From Stegostoma tigrinum (taxonomy: Eukaryota), in the NCBI RefSeq assembly GCF_030684315.1, contig NC_081395.1:5648478-5712477 (forward strand): DNA of 64,000 nucleotides, written 5' to 3'. The translations under genes and the position numbers were made by a program. The notes below the pieces were generated by a model. That model worked only from the letters and a program-made list of their open reading frames with translations. It had not been told where the DNA came from and did not search any database. Shown one piece after another: positions 52,117 through 63,059 of the stretch (positions are counted from its first letter, which is position 1; every line of letters begins with the position of its first letter).

Positions 52117-52200
52117 TGTACATATTGTATAAAATTTTAATAGCTGGAATTGTACATACTGCACAATAAATTCTGCTGGTTCTGTCTTGTGTGTTGTCAT
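52117..52200 (+). terminator. Candidate distal poly(A) site of SYVN1 (AATAAA 52165-52170)
   Basis: AATAAA preceded by two TGTACATA elements (52117, 52151) and followed by GT/T-rich sequence. Confidence 0.6.
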
Positions 52201-53835
52201 TCCAAAAATACAACTATCATTTCTATTTTCACATCTATTTCTACTAGTTTATCATCTTTAGTATCATAACTCTTGCCTTCCACTACATATCAGTGCCAAC
52301 ATATCAGTGTTCCTTTTGAGTACTTAACTCTCACCCTTTTACTTAAATTCATTAAATAAACATCCAGTGGCTAAATCTGAATACATGTCCTGCCAGTTTT
52401 TTTCCATGTTGCTAGCCACCCTGATGTGGAATTATTTTGCTTTCCTTGTTACGAGTGCACCTATGCTACACAGACTACAGTACTTCAAGAAGGCTACTTG
52501 CCACCCTTTCAAGGCCAGTGCCTGGAAGAAGTATTTTTAACTAGCCTGTCCACCCACCTCAGGACATGTCACAGAAGATAATGGCCTTGAATCAGCTCTT
52601 TCTGGCTCAGGTTGAGACACTATCACTAGAACAGGCCCATTAATTGAAAATAACCACTTTGAATTAATTACTTCCTTTCTATTATAATCCACCTCTAAGG
52701 CAGGTGAGCCTTGAAACTGGACTGTCTTCCAAGAGCTAGGCATGCTACCCCTCCACCTCTACAAGGTCCTGTATAAGTTTTTTTTAAAACAAAGACCTTG
52801 TTAATATTGAGGTTGATGAGAACACCCTGATTTTAAGCAGAATCCTTCAGGATGGCTTGGATCAGGTAACGTTCAATTAAGTACAGCCACTGTGATGGAG
52901 GCAGATTTGATAATTAGTTTGCACAAGACACAGATCTGTAAATAGAAATGAGATCATCTGTTTTGGTAAGATTAGTAGCAATGTCACAAACTTCTGTTAA
53001 GACTGTCATTGTCAAAATGTCCTTGATCAGTAGACAAGATTTTTAATTTAAAATTAGACTGATGTAAGGTACCTCAGAATGCATCAGTGCCTCTTAGCTG
53101 TGTCGGAGAGACACTCTAGCCTGCTCTGAAGTGGAACTGGATACGTCCATATAAAGCATTTGGTTGGTACCACCAACCTGAACCTTCATTTTCCATCTCT
53201 CTTTCTATTTATTCCTTCCTTCCCTTCTCTCTTCCTTCCCCCCACCCCCCCACAAAAAAAACTTTCTTCATATACTGATAGTAGCACTGGTATGTACCAT
53301 CTATAAGATTCGCTACAAACACTCATCGAGGCTCCTTCTCCAGTACCTTCCAAATCTGGCTCCCTACTACCTAGAACGACATGATGTGCAGGTGTTGGTG
53401 GTGGGCAGAGTCAAATGTCATGACACCAGGTTATGGTCCAACGGGTTTATTTGAAATCTTACGCTTTTGGAGTGTAACCCCTTCATCAGGAGAAGTGAGA
53501 GAAAAGTGTAAGCACACACGGTTTATAGGTAGACAGACCAAAAAAATCATACATATGGTGTGAGTGGAATGTTGAATAATAAGTCTCTGCAGGTGATCAT
53601 AATGTCAGACACAGAGTCAAGTGTGAACAGCTGAATAACAAGTGAAGGGTGACCAATAACTTGATCAAATGAGGCAAAGAGATAATTACAAAAAATTAAA
53701 AATAAGGTGGGTGCTGAGATAAACCAAATAATTGAAATAACATGAAAGGGATGAGGGTCTACACAGTAATAATCAAAAACTGTACAATCTAAGAGAGAGA
53801 GAGAGAGATCTTAACAAGTTATCAAGGTGATCTTA

Positions 53836-54000
53836 GTGATAATGGGAACTGCAGATGCTGGAGAATCCAAGATAATGAAATGTGAGGCTGGATGAACAGC
53901 AGGCCCTTCTGACGAAGGGTCTAGGCCCGAAACGTCAGCTTTTGTGCTCCTGAGATGCTGCTGGGCCTGCTGTGTTCATCCAGCCTCACATTTCATTATC
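53836..54000 (+). mobile_element. Mini PLE fold-back insertion with hammerhead core
   Basis: Inverted pLTR ends; TSD aaggtgatctta at 53824-53835 and 54001-54012. Confidence 0.85.
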
Positions 54001-54266
54001 AAGGTGATCTTATCCTGTTTTGGTCGTAAGGAAGATTTTACAGATACAGTATGGTGGGATCACATGTTGCATGGCATGAACCCAAGATCGCGGTCGCGGC
54101 TGTCTTCACGAGTACGGAACTTGGCTATCAGTTTCTGCTCAGCAATTCTGCATTGTTCTGTATCTCAAAGGCCATCTTAGAGAATCCTTACCCGAAGATC
54201 AGAGGTTGAATGTCCTTGACCGTTGAAGTGTTCCTCGACTGGGAGGCAACGTTCCTGTCTGACGAT

Positions 54267-54369
54267 GCCTCTCTGATGAAGGGTCTAGGCCCGAAACGTC
54301 AGCTTTCGTGCTCCTGAGATGCTGCTGGGCCTGCCGTGTTCATCCAGCCTCACATTTTATTATCTCATA
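54267..54369 (+). mobile_element. Mini PLE 3'-end insertion with hammerhead core
   Basis: TSD ttcctgtctg(a/g)cgat at 54252-54266 and 54370-54384. Confidence 0.8.
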
Positions 54370-54764
54370 TTCCTGTCTGGCGATTGTTTTGCGGTGTCTA
54401 TTCATGCGTTGTTGTAGCGTGTGAATGGTCTCTCCAAAATCCCATGCTGCGGGACAACCTTGCCTGCAACATGTGAGATAGACAAAATCTTGCAACTATC
54501 ACATTAATGTGTCTGCGATAACAAGTGTGACTGTTAACATTGCAAAGTGAATGAGAACCATAAGCCGAGTAATGAGTAAATGCTGAGAATCATTCATTTC
54601 CCATTGTTGTGACTTACCATTGCAAATTAAACTTTTTCTTGTGTAACTGTGGGAGTTCAAAGAATGCAATTTCAGAGGTGTTTAGGAAACAAATCAAGCC
54701 ACGCAGCATCAGAGGAGCAGGAAAGCTGCCGTTCCGGATCTGAAACGTCAGCTTTCCTGATGCT

Positions 54765-54928
54765 AAATAACAAAGTGTGGGGCTGGATGAACACAGCAGG
54801 CCAAGCAGCATCTCAGGAGCATCAAAAGCTGACGTTTCGGGCCTAGACCCTTCATCAGAGAGGGGTCTAGCTCCACACTTTGCTATCTTAGATTCTCCAG
54901 CATCTGCAGTTCCCATTATCTCTGATCA
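54765..54928 (-). mobile_element. Mini PLE insertion nested in an older related pLTR fragment
   Basis: TSD cagctttcctgatgct at 54749-54764 and 54929-54944. Confidence 0.8.
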
Positions 54929-55179
54929 CAGCTTTCCTGATGCTGCCTGGTCTGCTGTGTTCATCCAGATCCACACCTAGCACTAGGGATATTGACGAGA
55001 TGACTCGTCCAGATGTTTAGGTGACTTAGAATCAACTGATTTGCTTCTTGAAGACCTCTGAGGGTGCATTATTTAAACTCCCACACAAAGAAAAAAATTT
55101 TTAATTTGCAATAATAAGTCACAATAATGGGAAATGAATAATTGAAATTGGAACGATCCTGACTCAAGATGCAGAAGGC

Positions 55180-55760
55180 TACCCCTACGCTTTCCTCCCC
55201 TCCCCCCACCAACCGCTCACAGCAGTTTCCGGTTCCGGTGCCTCAGACGATGGTGACAGGAGTAATGGAGGCGGTGGACAATCCGTGGCTGGAACCCGAG
55301 CGGAATCCGCCGGCATCCGCTCCAACGAGTGGTGAGTGACCGCAGTCCTGTCACCGATAGTGAGGGAACGAGCGGACCGTTTGAATGGCACCGATATTGA
55401 CCGGAGAGGAGGGGGGGGACGGGGAGCGCGAACGATGGCGGATGCGGGAGAATTGTCACCGACGCCGAGGAAGGGGCGGGGGATGTGTGGGTCGCGGGGT
55501 GGTGGTGGAAAATGGACGCCTGCCGCGTCGGCAGGATACAGTTGGAGGTGGGATGTGGGAGAGAAAGAGACGGAGACCCTTCCTGTAACAGCTCCCTCTT
55601 CCCCCGGTGTCCGCCCCCGAAGTCGAGCTGGAAGAGTCGCTTGTAATGGCGGCGAGGAACAGCCGGCGGGGGCGACCAGCGCGTGCGTAGAGCTGGAGTC
55701 TGGCTGGTGGCGGGGGATTTGGACGGGAAACAGACCCGGATGGGAACCAGGAAGTGAAGT
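55180..55760 (+). promoter_or_regulatory. CpG island promoter / first exon region of the PRPF39-like gene
   Basis: CpG-rich; tandem TTCCGG ETS-like sites at about 55227-55238; donor G|gtgagt at 55331/55332. Confidence 0.75.
55250..55331 (+). CDS. PRPF39: PRPF39-like coding exon 1 (MVTGVMEAVDNPWLEPERNPPASAPTS)
   Basis: Two in-frame strong-Kozak ATGs (55250, 55265); the phase-1 donor gtgagt joins in frame to the acceptor at 60712. Confidence 0.7.
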
Positions 55761-56089
55761 CAAATGCCCCCCCCAGTGCTCAAAGAGAAGGGAATAGATG
55801 TAACTACAGTCCCTTTCTCCACGTCGAGGGGATTGGATATAAACGACCTGCCCCGATGGAAGGACATGGATGTAATGACCATCTCCACACAGAAAAGATG
55901 TAACTCAGAAAAGGGAATAGTGTATCTATCATCTCCCTTAGGCAGAGGCGTGTATATGTAACTATACCCCTCTGCACCCCCCCTTTCCCAATAGGGATTG
56001 CTACATTTCACTACCATGCTGCCCCCCCCCTCCCCGTGCCCCAGAGGGAAATAGATATAACTGTCTTTCCAGTAGAGTGAAATAGATGT

Positions 56090-57697
56090 GATAATGGGAA
56101 CTGCAGATGCTGGAGAATCCAAGATAATAAAGTGTGAGGCTGGATGAACACAGTAGGCCCAGCAGCATCTCAGGAACACAAAAGCTGACGTTTCGGGCCT
56201 AGACCCTTCATCAGGGAGGGGGATGGGGTGCGGGTTCTGGAATAAATAGGGAGAGAGGGGGAGGCGGACCAAAGATGGAGAGAAAAGAAGATAGGTGGAG
56301 AGGAGAGTATAGGTGGGGAGGTAGGGAGGGGATAGGTCAGTCAGGGAAGACAGACAGGTCAAGGAGGTGAGATGAGGTTAGCAGGTAGGAAATGGAGGTG
56401 CGGCTTGGGGTGGGAGGAAGGGATGGGTGAGAGGAAGAACAGGTTCTCCGCCTCCGTCGCATCTGCTCCCACTATGAGGCATTCCACTCCCGCACATCCC
56501 GGATGTCCAAGTTCTTTAAGGACTGCAGCTTTTCCCCCTACAGTGGTCGAGAACGCCCTCGAACGCGTCTCCCGCATTTCCCGCAGCACATACCTCACAC
56601 CCTGCCCCCGCCACAACCGCCCAAAGAGGATCTCCCTCATTCTCTCACACCACTCCACCAACCTCCGGATACAACGCATCATCCTCTGACACTTTCACCA
56701 TCTACAATCCGACCCCACCACCCGAGACATTTTTCCATCCCCACCCCTGTCTGCTTTCCGGAGAGACCACTCTCTCCGTGACTCCCTTGTTCGCTCCACA
56801 CTGCCCTCCAACCCCACCACACCTGGCACCTTCCCCTGCAACCGCAGGAAATGCTACACTTGCCCCCACGCCTCCTCCCTCACCCCTATCCCAGGCCCCA
56901 AGATGACTTTCCACATTAAGCAGAGGTTCACCTGCACATCTGCCAATGTGGTATGCTGCATCCACTGTACCCGGTGTGGCTTCCTCTACATTGGGGAAAT
57001 CAAGCAGAGGCTTGGGGGCCGCTTTGCAAAACACCTCCGCTCAGTTCGCAATAAACAACTGCACCTCCCAGTCGCAAACCATTTCCACTCCCCCTCCCAT
57101 TCTTTAGATGACATGTCCATCATGGGGCTCCTGCAGTGCCACAATGATGCCACCCGAAGGTTGCAGGAACAGCAACTCGCATTCCGCTTGGGAACCCTGC
57201 AGCCCAATGGTATCAATGTGGACTTCACCAGCTTCAAAATCTCCTCTTACCCCACCGCATCCCAAAACCAGCCCAGTTCGTCCCCTCCCCCCGCTGCACC
57301 ACACAACCAGCCCAGCTCTTTCCCTCCACCCACTGCATCCCAAAACCAGACCAACCTGTCTCTGCCTCCCTAACCTGTTCTTCCTCTCACCCATCCCTTC
57401 CACCCACCCCAAGCCGCACATCCATTTCCTACCTACTAATCTCATCCCACCTCCTTGACCTGTCCATCTTCCCTGGACTGACCTATCCCCTCCCTACGTC
57501 CCCACCTATACTCTCCTCTCCACCTATCTTCTCTTCTCTCCATCTTCGGTCCGCCTCCCCCTCTCTCCCTATTTATTCCAGAACCCTCTCCCCATCCCCT
57601 TCTCTGATGAAGGGTCTAGGCCCGAAACGTCAGCTTTTGTGCTCCTGAGATGCTGCTGGGCCTGCTGTGTTCATCCAGCCTCACATTTTATTATCTT
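56090..57697 (+). mobile_element. 5'-truncated Penelope-like element with GIY-YIG endonuclease remnant and inverted pseudo-LTRs
   Basis: ORF 56903-57373 (FTCTSANVV..I.C..CG.LYIGE.KQRL..RF..H...LGTLQPNGIN); about 56120-56445 is the reverse complement of 57372-57697; TSD tagagtgaaatagatgt at 56073-56089 and 57697-57713. Confidence 0.9.
57604..57631 (+). ncRNA. Minimal type-I hammerhead ribozyme-like motif in a PLE pLTR (copies also at 53909-53936 +, 54273-54300 +, 54831-54858 -, 56187-56214 -)
   Basis: CTGATGA-A-GGG(TCTAGG)CCC-GAAA-CGTC: complete hammerhead core with a palindromic ACGT helix III. Confidence 0.65.
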
Positions 57698-58801
57698 AGA
57701 GTGAAATAGATGTACCTGCTTCCCGAGTGAAGAGAAATAAATGTAGCTCTCTCGTTTCCCCTCCAATAGTGAGTAATTCCACCTCCACAGAAGGGAAGAG
57801 ATGTAACTTGCCCCTACCTGCCTAAAGGGGAATAGGTGTTGACTGGTCCCCAGCCCTGTAGAGGGGAATGTCTGGAACTACCTGCCCCACAGAAGGAAAT
57901 ATCTAACTGCCCACCCCCCCATTAGCAGGGAGTAGATGTACCCACTGCCCCATACTTGTAATTATCCCCTCATAGGCCCACAGAAGTGAATAAAGGTAAT
58001 TGCGCCCCCCCATCCCACCCCAATCACCCATCTGCAATGCAGAATCACAGAATTGTTCTGGTGTTGGAGGAGGCCATTCAGCCCACCATGTCTGTAGCAG
58101 CTCTGAATGAGCATCATGGTTTAGTGCTTTAAAAAAAAGACAGTGTTGGAGAAATGCAGCAGGTCTGGCAGCTCCTGTGGAGAGAGACACAGTGTGGACG
58201 TATCAAAGCCAGTATCGCTGCTCTGCAGAATGAATTGGGTGCTATTCTCCTGCCTTTCCCCTTTGACTGTAAACATTGAGATAATTGATAGAAACAATGT
58301 CAAATTGAATGCTTTGATTGTACCTACCTCCTCCATACCACTGCAAGTTATTCTCACACTTCATCTGTTATTTTAGTTCAAAACTCAAGCACCCCCTTCA
58401 TTCACTATATCCTTCAGTTCTCAGGAGTCCTGGGCTTCACAGCAATCCTGTTCCAAGCATTGCTCAAAACTCAAAATAAAACTGAAACCAGAAGTCTCCC
58501 TGTAAGTGATGGGTGTTTCTTTTGAGCTTAAAAAGCAAGTTTCAGAAGAAAACCTTGAAAGGCTCATTGTTTGCCTTGATGGGACACGAAACAAACTGAT
58601 CTACACAAACTTATTCACTCTAAAGCTAGGTCTCAAAAACTGTTTTAAAAGAAATCACCACAGCTACAGAAATACTTAGAATAAATAATTAACTTCAGAC
58701 ACTGAAAAACCCACAGGCTACCTACTCAAAAACTAAGCTCAAACTTATCTGCCTCCCCCGCCTCCATATTTATTTCAGAATCCCCTTCCCCTCCCCCATT
58801 T

Positions 58802-58829
58802 CTGAAGAAGGGTCCCGACCCGAAACATC
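58802..58829 (+). ncRNA. Variant hammerhead-like motif in a PLE 3' fragment (about 58750-58897)
   Basis: CTGAAGA-A-GGGTC(CC)GACCC-GAAACATC; stem II is preserved with a different sequence. Confidence 0.5.
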
Positions 58830-60711
58830 AAGCTTTCCTGCTCCTCTGATGCTGCTTGGCCATTTGTGTTCATCCAGCTTCACACCATGTTATCTCAAAC
58901 TTATGAAAATTGTTTTTAAAAATGTATCTGTACATAAATCACACAGTTCATATTCACAGTTCTCACTGAGGAGCAGAAGAAGCTGATGATCTGATGCAGC
59001 TTTGAGGGGGTGCTGTCTTGTTGAGGATGTTGTCAAGGAGTCAATATTGAGGAAATAGATGCTGTCAGGGAGCCTGTCAAGGGGCCTTCTCCATCTGAAG
59101 GGTCATCTTTTGGGCTAGACAGAATCTCCATCTGCATATTTGAGGTGGATGTGAAAAACCCCACTGCCACTATTTTGCACATATGGAGAACAACTCTACA
59201 TGATGTACTGAGGCCAATTTGATCCCACAAACAGCAGCATGATAAAATGATCTGGTCATTACTACTTTGCTGCTTGTGAGGCCTACGCAAATTGAATGTT
59301 GGTTTCTTACATTTCAAAACCAACTACACTTTAAAGTACTTCACTGATTGTAAAAAGTTTCTGGCGTCTGGTCATCGTGAAAACTGCTGTGAAGCTGTCA
59401 GTCTTTCCCCATAGTGCTGGCGACATTCTGTGAGCTACTAGTCTGTCACCAAAGGTCTTATTGTGAGGTGATTAAATTCAGATTTTTGTGTTAAGAGGAT
59501 ATTGGCCTCTCATACAATCGTTGCCTTTAAAGTTTGCACCACTTTCTGCCAATACTTGCTAGCAACGGAACTGAGGCTCCCTGATGCTGGAATAAGTCTG
59601 CATAATCCCACAAAACCTTGATTTCTTGTTTTGAGTCTTGAGCTACCTTCTCCAGGATTTTTATAACTTGGAATTTGGTCCTACTTTCAATTTCACTCAC
59701 CAGCCTTTCTGTAACTCGCTATTGATTGTGACATTGCCCATAATCAAGTATGACAGCTGTAATACAATGCCTGCATGGGCTGTTGGCTATTTTTAGTTTA
59801 CACCTCATGTTTAATTTGATTCAACATAATTCAAATCTCTATTGCTTGTGTCCTAACTTGGTCTGAGTCCCATACATCTGTCTCCCTTGTGAAAGTTGAT
59901 CTACATTTGTTCAGAGCTAAGCAATCCTTTTTTAAAATCCCTGTTTTTCAGATTTTTCCATGAACTTGCTCCCTGCTCTTTCAGTAATTTCCTTTAGCCC
60001 TAAAGCCACCCACAGACACTAGCTCCCCTGCCCCCAAAGAAATAGTCTGTGTGTTACAGTAACTCTGGTTTCTAGAGCATTCTGCATTTCAGTCACTGTT
60101 TCATTGGCAGTTATGCATTCAGCTACCAGGATCTTGAGCTCTAAAATTCCATTAAGACTCCCCTTAAGTCCAGCTTTATCCCAGCATTTGGTGATCTAGC
60201 CTATTGCCTCACTGTAGGCCTGATATCAAATATTGTGAATACTTAGAAAATGCCTTGGGGTATTTTTAAAAACTTTCTTTCACCAGGTGTGAGCAGCGTT
60301 TGTTGCCTGTCCCTAATTGCCCTGGACAAGGTCGTGTTGATCCACTGTCTCGAAACTCCTTGGGGTGAAGAAACACCCACAATGCTGTTAGGAGGGAATT
60401 CCAGGATTTTGACCCAGTGACATTTGAAGGAATGGAGATACATTTCCAAGTCAGGATGGTGTGTGGCTCAGAGAGGAACTTGTAGGGGATGGTGTTTTCA
60501 AACGGGCGTTGTTTCTGTTGCTGTAACTTCCTTGTTTTCCCAAGGTAAATTTTGGAACTGAACATTGTGTCAGAAGCATGGAGCATCCCGAATATTTTCC
60601 TTCCACATTGAACCAGTTCTCACTGTCGTTAACCCCTTTGGAGCCGAGACCTGTGATTGTTTATCACTAACTGAGTCTGTGTGCATTAACATCTTCCCTT
60701 TTCTTTTGCAG

Positions 60712-62228
60712 ACAATGAGCAGAAATTATTAAACAAAAGCCGCCGAGTTAGGAGCAATCAGTGCATCACGCAGGATGTGTCCACTCGGCCCCTAAGCCTG
60801 CGCGTTGATGAGACTGCTGTGGAGGAGGCCTCCGCCGACAGCCCAAGCCCCTGTGACGGAGACACCGGAGAAGAATCAGCAGCTAGTACTCCGGCACCAA
60901 GTGTCGGGGACACCGGAGAGGAGCTGGCGGCGGATTCCACCGCAGACACTGGCGAGGAGTCTGCAGCTGATTCCACTGGTCCCAGTGACGGAGACTCTGG
61001 GGAAGAATCAGCAGCTGATTCCACGGGACCCCATGACACAGGAGAAGAGTCAGCCGCAGATTCCACGGGCCCAAGCGATGGTGATACTGGAGAGGAGTCA
61101 GCAGCTGACAGCCCTGCTCCCTGTAAAATCGACAGACTACTGGATACGGCGGCTGATTCCACTGGCCCAAGTGACAGGGACATTAGGGAGGAGACAGCTG
61201 CAGACAGCCCTGGCCCGTGTGATACGGATAGTATAGAGCAGGCGGCTGCAGCTAGCCCTGGTCCCTGTGATGGCGACACTGTCGGGGAGACTGCTGCTGA
61301 CAGTCCTGGTCCCTGTGACACAGATACCATGCAGCAGGGCACTGCAGTTAGTCCTGGCCCATGTGATACGGACCCTGTGGGGGACACAGCTGCCGACAGT
61401 CCTGGCCCCTGTGACACAGACACCATCGAGCAGGGAGCTGCAGGTAGCCCTGGTCCCTGTGATACAGACACTGTCAGGGAGACAGCTGCAGGTAGCCCCG
61501 GTCCCTGTGATACAGACACTGGTGGGGACACAGCTGCAGCGAGTCCTGGTCCATGTGATACGGACACGGTGGGGGAGACAGCAGCTGATAGTCCAGGTCC
61601 CTGTGATGGAGACACTGTAGGGGATATGGCTGCAGATAGCCCTGGCCCCTGTGATACGGACACTGTAGGGGAGACAGCTGCCTACAGTCCTAGCCCACAT
61701 GACCGAAATGAAGTAGAGAAACTGGCTGCTGAAAGCCCCCGTCCGTCTGGTGTTCAGAGCACAGCAGGAGACCTGGCTGCAAGTCCCAACCCACCAAGCG
61801 ACCAGGACACGATGGCAGAGATGGAGATAGACGGGCTGGGTATGGACAGGGAAACAACAGAGGAATCGGAGATTGCCGAGTCCACGAATGCAGGCAGAGG
61901 TCAAGACACTGTGAGCGGACTGGCGGCTGACTCTTCGAGCGGTGCGACAGTGATGGAGGCAGCAATGCTGCTCCCTGAGAGCGCCAATGGGCCACAGCAC
62001 ACCATGGATAAACCGATCAGTTGTGACATTGCAGACTACATGGCGACAGACAGCACTGCCACTGGTCTGGATGTGTACGAGCAGGCCAGCGGTGATTACG
62101 GGGTCCTCGAGGCGGAGGACAGCATCCCACCGTACCCCACAGACTTTGAGAAGTATTGGAAGATAGTTGAGGACAATCCATACGATTTCACAGGCTGGAC
62201 TTATGTCCTGCAGTATGTGGAGCAAGAG
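60712..62228 (+). CDS. PRPF39: PRPF39-like coding exon 2: repeat-expanded acidic N-terminus plus start of the HAT region; the gene continues beyond the window
   Basis: Acceptor ttttgcag, 1517-bp open exon, donor gtgagg. It ends with YPTDFEKYWKIVEDNPYDFTGWTYVLQYVEQE, matching the PRPF39 motif FPPEYEKFWK.VE.NP.DFTGW.YLLQYVEQE. Confidence 0.88.
60831..61820 (+). repeat. Coding minisatellite, 48-bp / 16-aa unit, about 21 copies
   Basis: Consensus AADSPGPCDTDTVGET; two shortened units (12 and 14 aa); frame is preserved throughout. Confidence 0.92.
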
Positions 62229-63059
62229 GTGAGGTAATTTTTGTGTAGGTGTTACTGTGCTAGTGCACCTCCTATATCACTTGCCTTCCATTGCCCGTGC
62301 AATAAACCCCCAAAAACAGATTCATTAGGAGCACAAGTAGATAAGGTTCTGTTCTGTAGTTTTGTTTTCCAATACTGTGGTATTTTTAGCAGCGCTTCTG
62401 CAATGTGATACCTTCTGTGCAGTGATGTGGAGCTGTAAAGTGAGAGAGTGACATGACACCGGAACAAGTGGGTACTAAGCAGGGATCGGAGACGGTGTTT
62501 AGATTGTGACTGGTGCTGGGTTCTGAAGAGGATTTTGAAGCAGGGCTGGTGGGGTTGTGGCTAGAAATGATGTGCGTGAGTATGTCTAGTGATTAATATC
62601 GTGCAGTGGGAAGTGTATTCAGAGCAAAGCAGAATTGGCAAGATTTTGACAATCTGTTGAAGAACAGAGCTGTGGAGAGGAGACTGCGCGGGACAGGGAC
62701 TAGAACATTTTTGAAGTTGATGCATCAGAGTGCCTGCAGGATAGTGAAGGGCTGTGAGGGCAAGGACTGTGACTTGGAACAGGCTAGCATCTTGGTTGGA
62801 GGCATCCAGGATGAGTTGCAAGTTGTATGGGAAGGAAATCTGGAGGTCAGCAAGGGAAACTGTGGCAGAGATCTTGTCTGGGTGTGACAATGAAAACTTC
62901 ATTAGAGATTAAATTAGTGATAGAAATAGGTGGCAAGGATATGGGCTGTTGATCCTCTCTGAGGCTGGAGGAGGGATAGAGTGTTGAGATGTGATGTTTC
63001 TCATCCAGAGAAAGGAGGATGACAGCACTGGATGCTCTGTGGGGTTTCCTATTGATGCA

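Larger units (their letters stand above)
53380..54490 (-). mobile_element. Older decayed Penelope-like element (GIY-YIG remnant) interrupted by two younger insertions
   Basis: Minus strand reads VYLTCCRQGCPAAWDFGETIHTLQQRMNRHRKTI...LPVEEHFNGQGHS...AEQKLIAKF with stop codons; hammerhead-like tail at 53461-53489. Confidence 0.75.
55785..57990. repeat. Degenerate about 30-35 bp minisatellite (AGGGAATAGATGTAACT-like) split by the PLE insertion
   Basis: Variants of the motif recur at 55785-56089 and resume at 57698-57960. Confidence 0.6.

Noticed and set aside
55336-55797. ORF containing MADAGELSP as a possible PRPF39 start
   Set aside because: It lies after the gtgagt donor at 55332; the 55250-55331 exon already joins exon 2 in frame.
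60758-62225. Long antisense ORFs (301 aa and 362 aa) opposite PRPF39-like exon 2
   Set aside because: Shadow ORFs of a stop-poor coding repeat; the splice signals and the conserved motif are on the plus strand.
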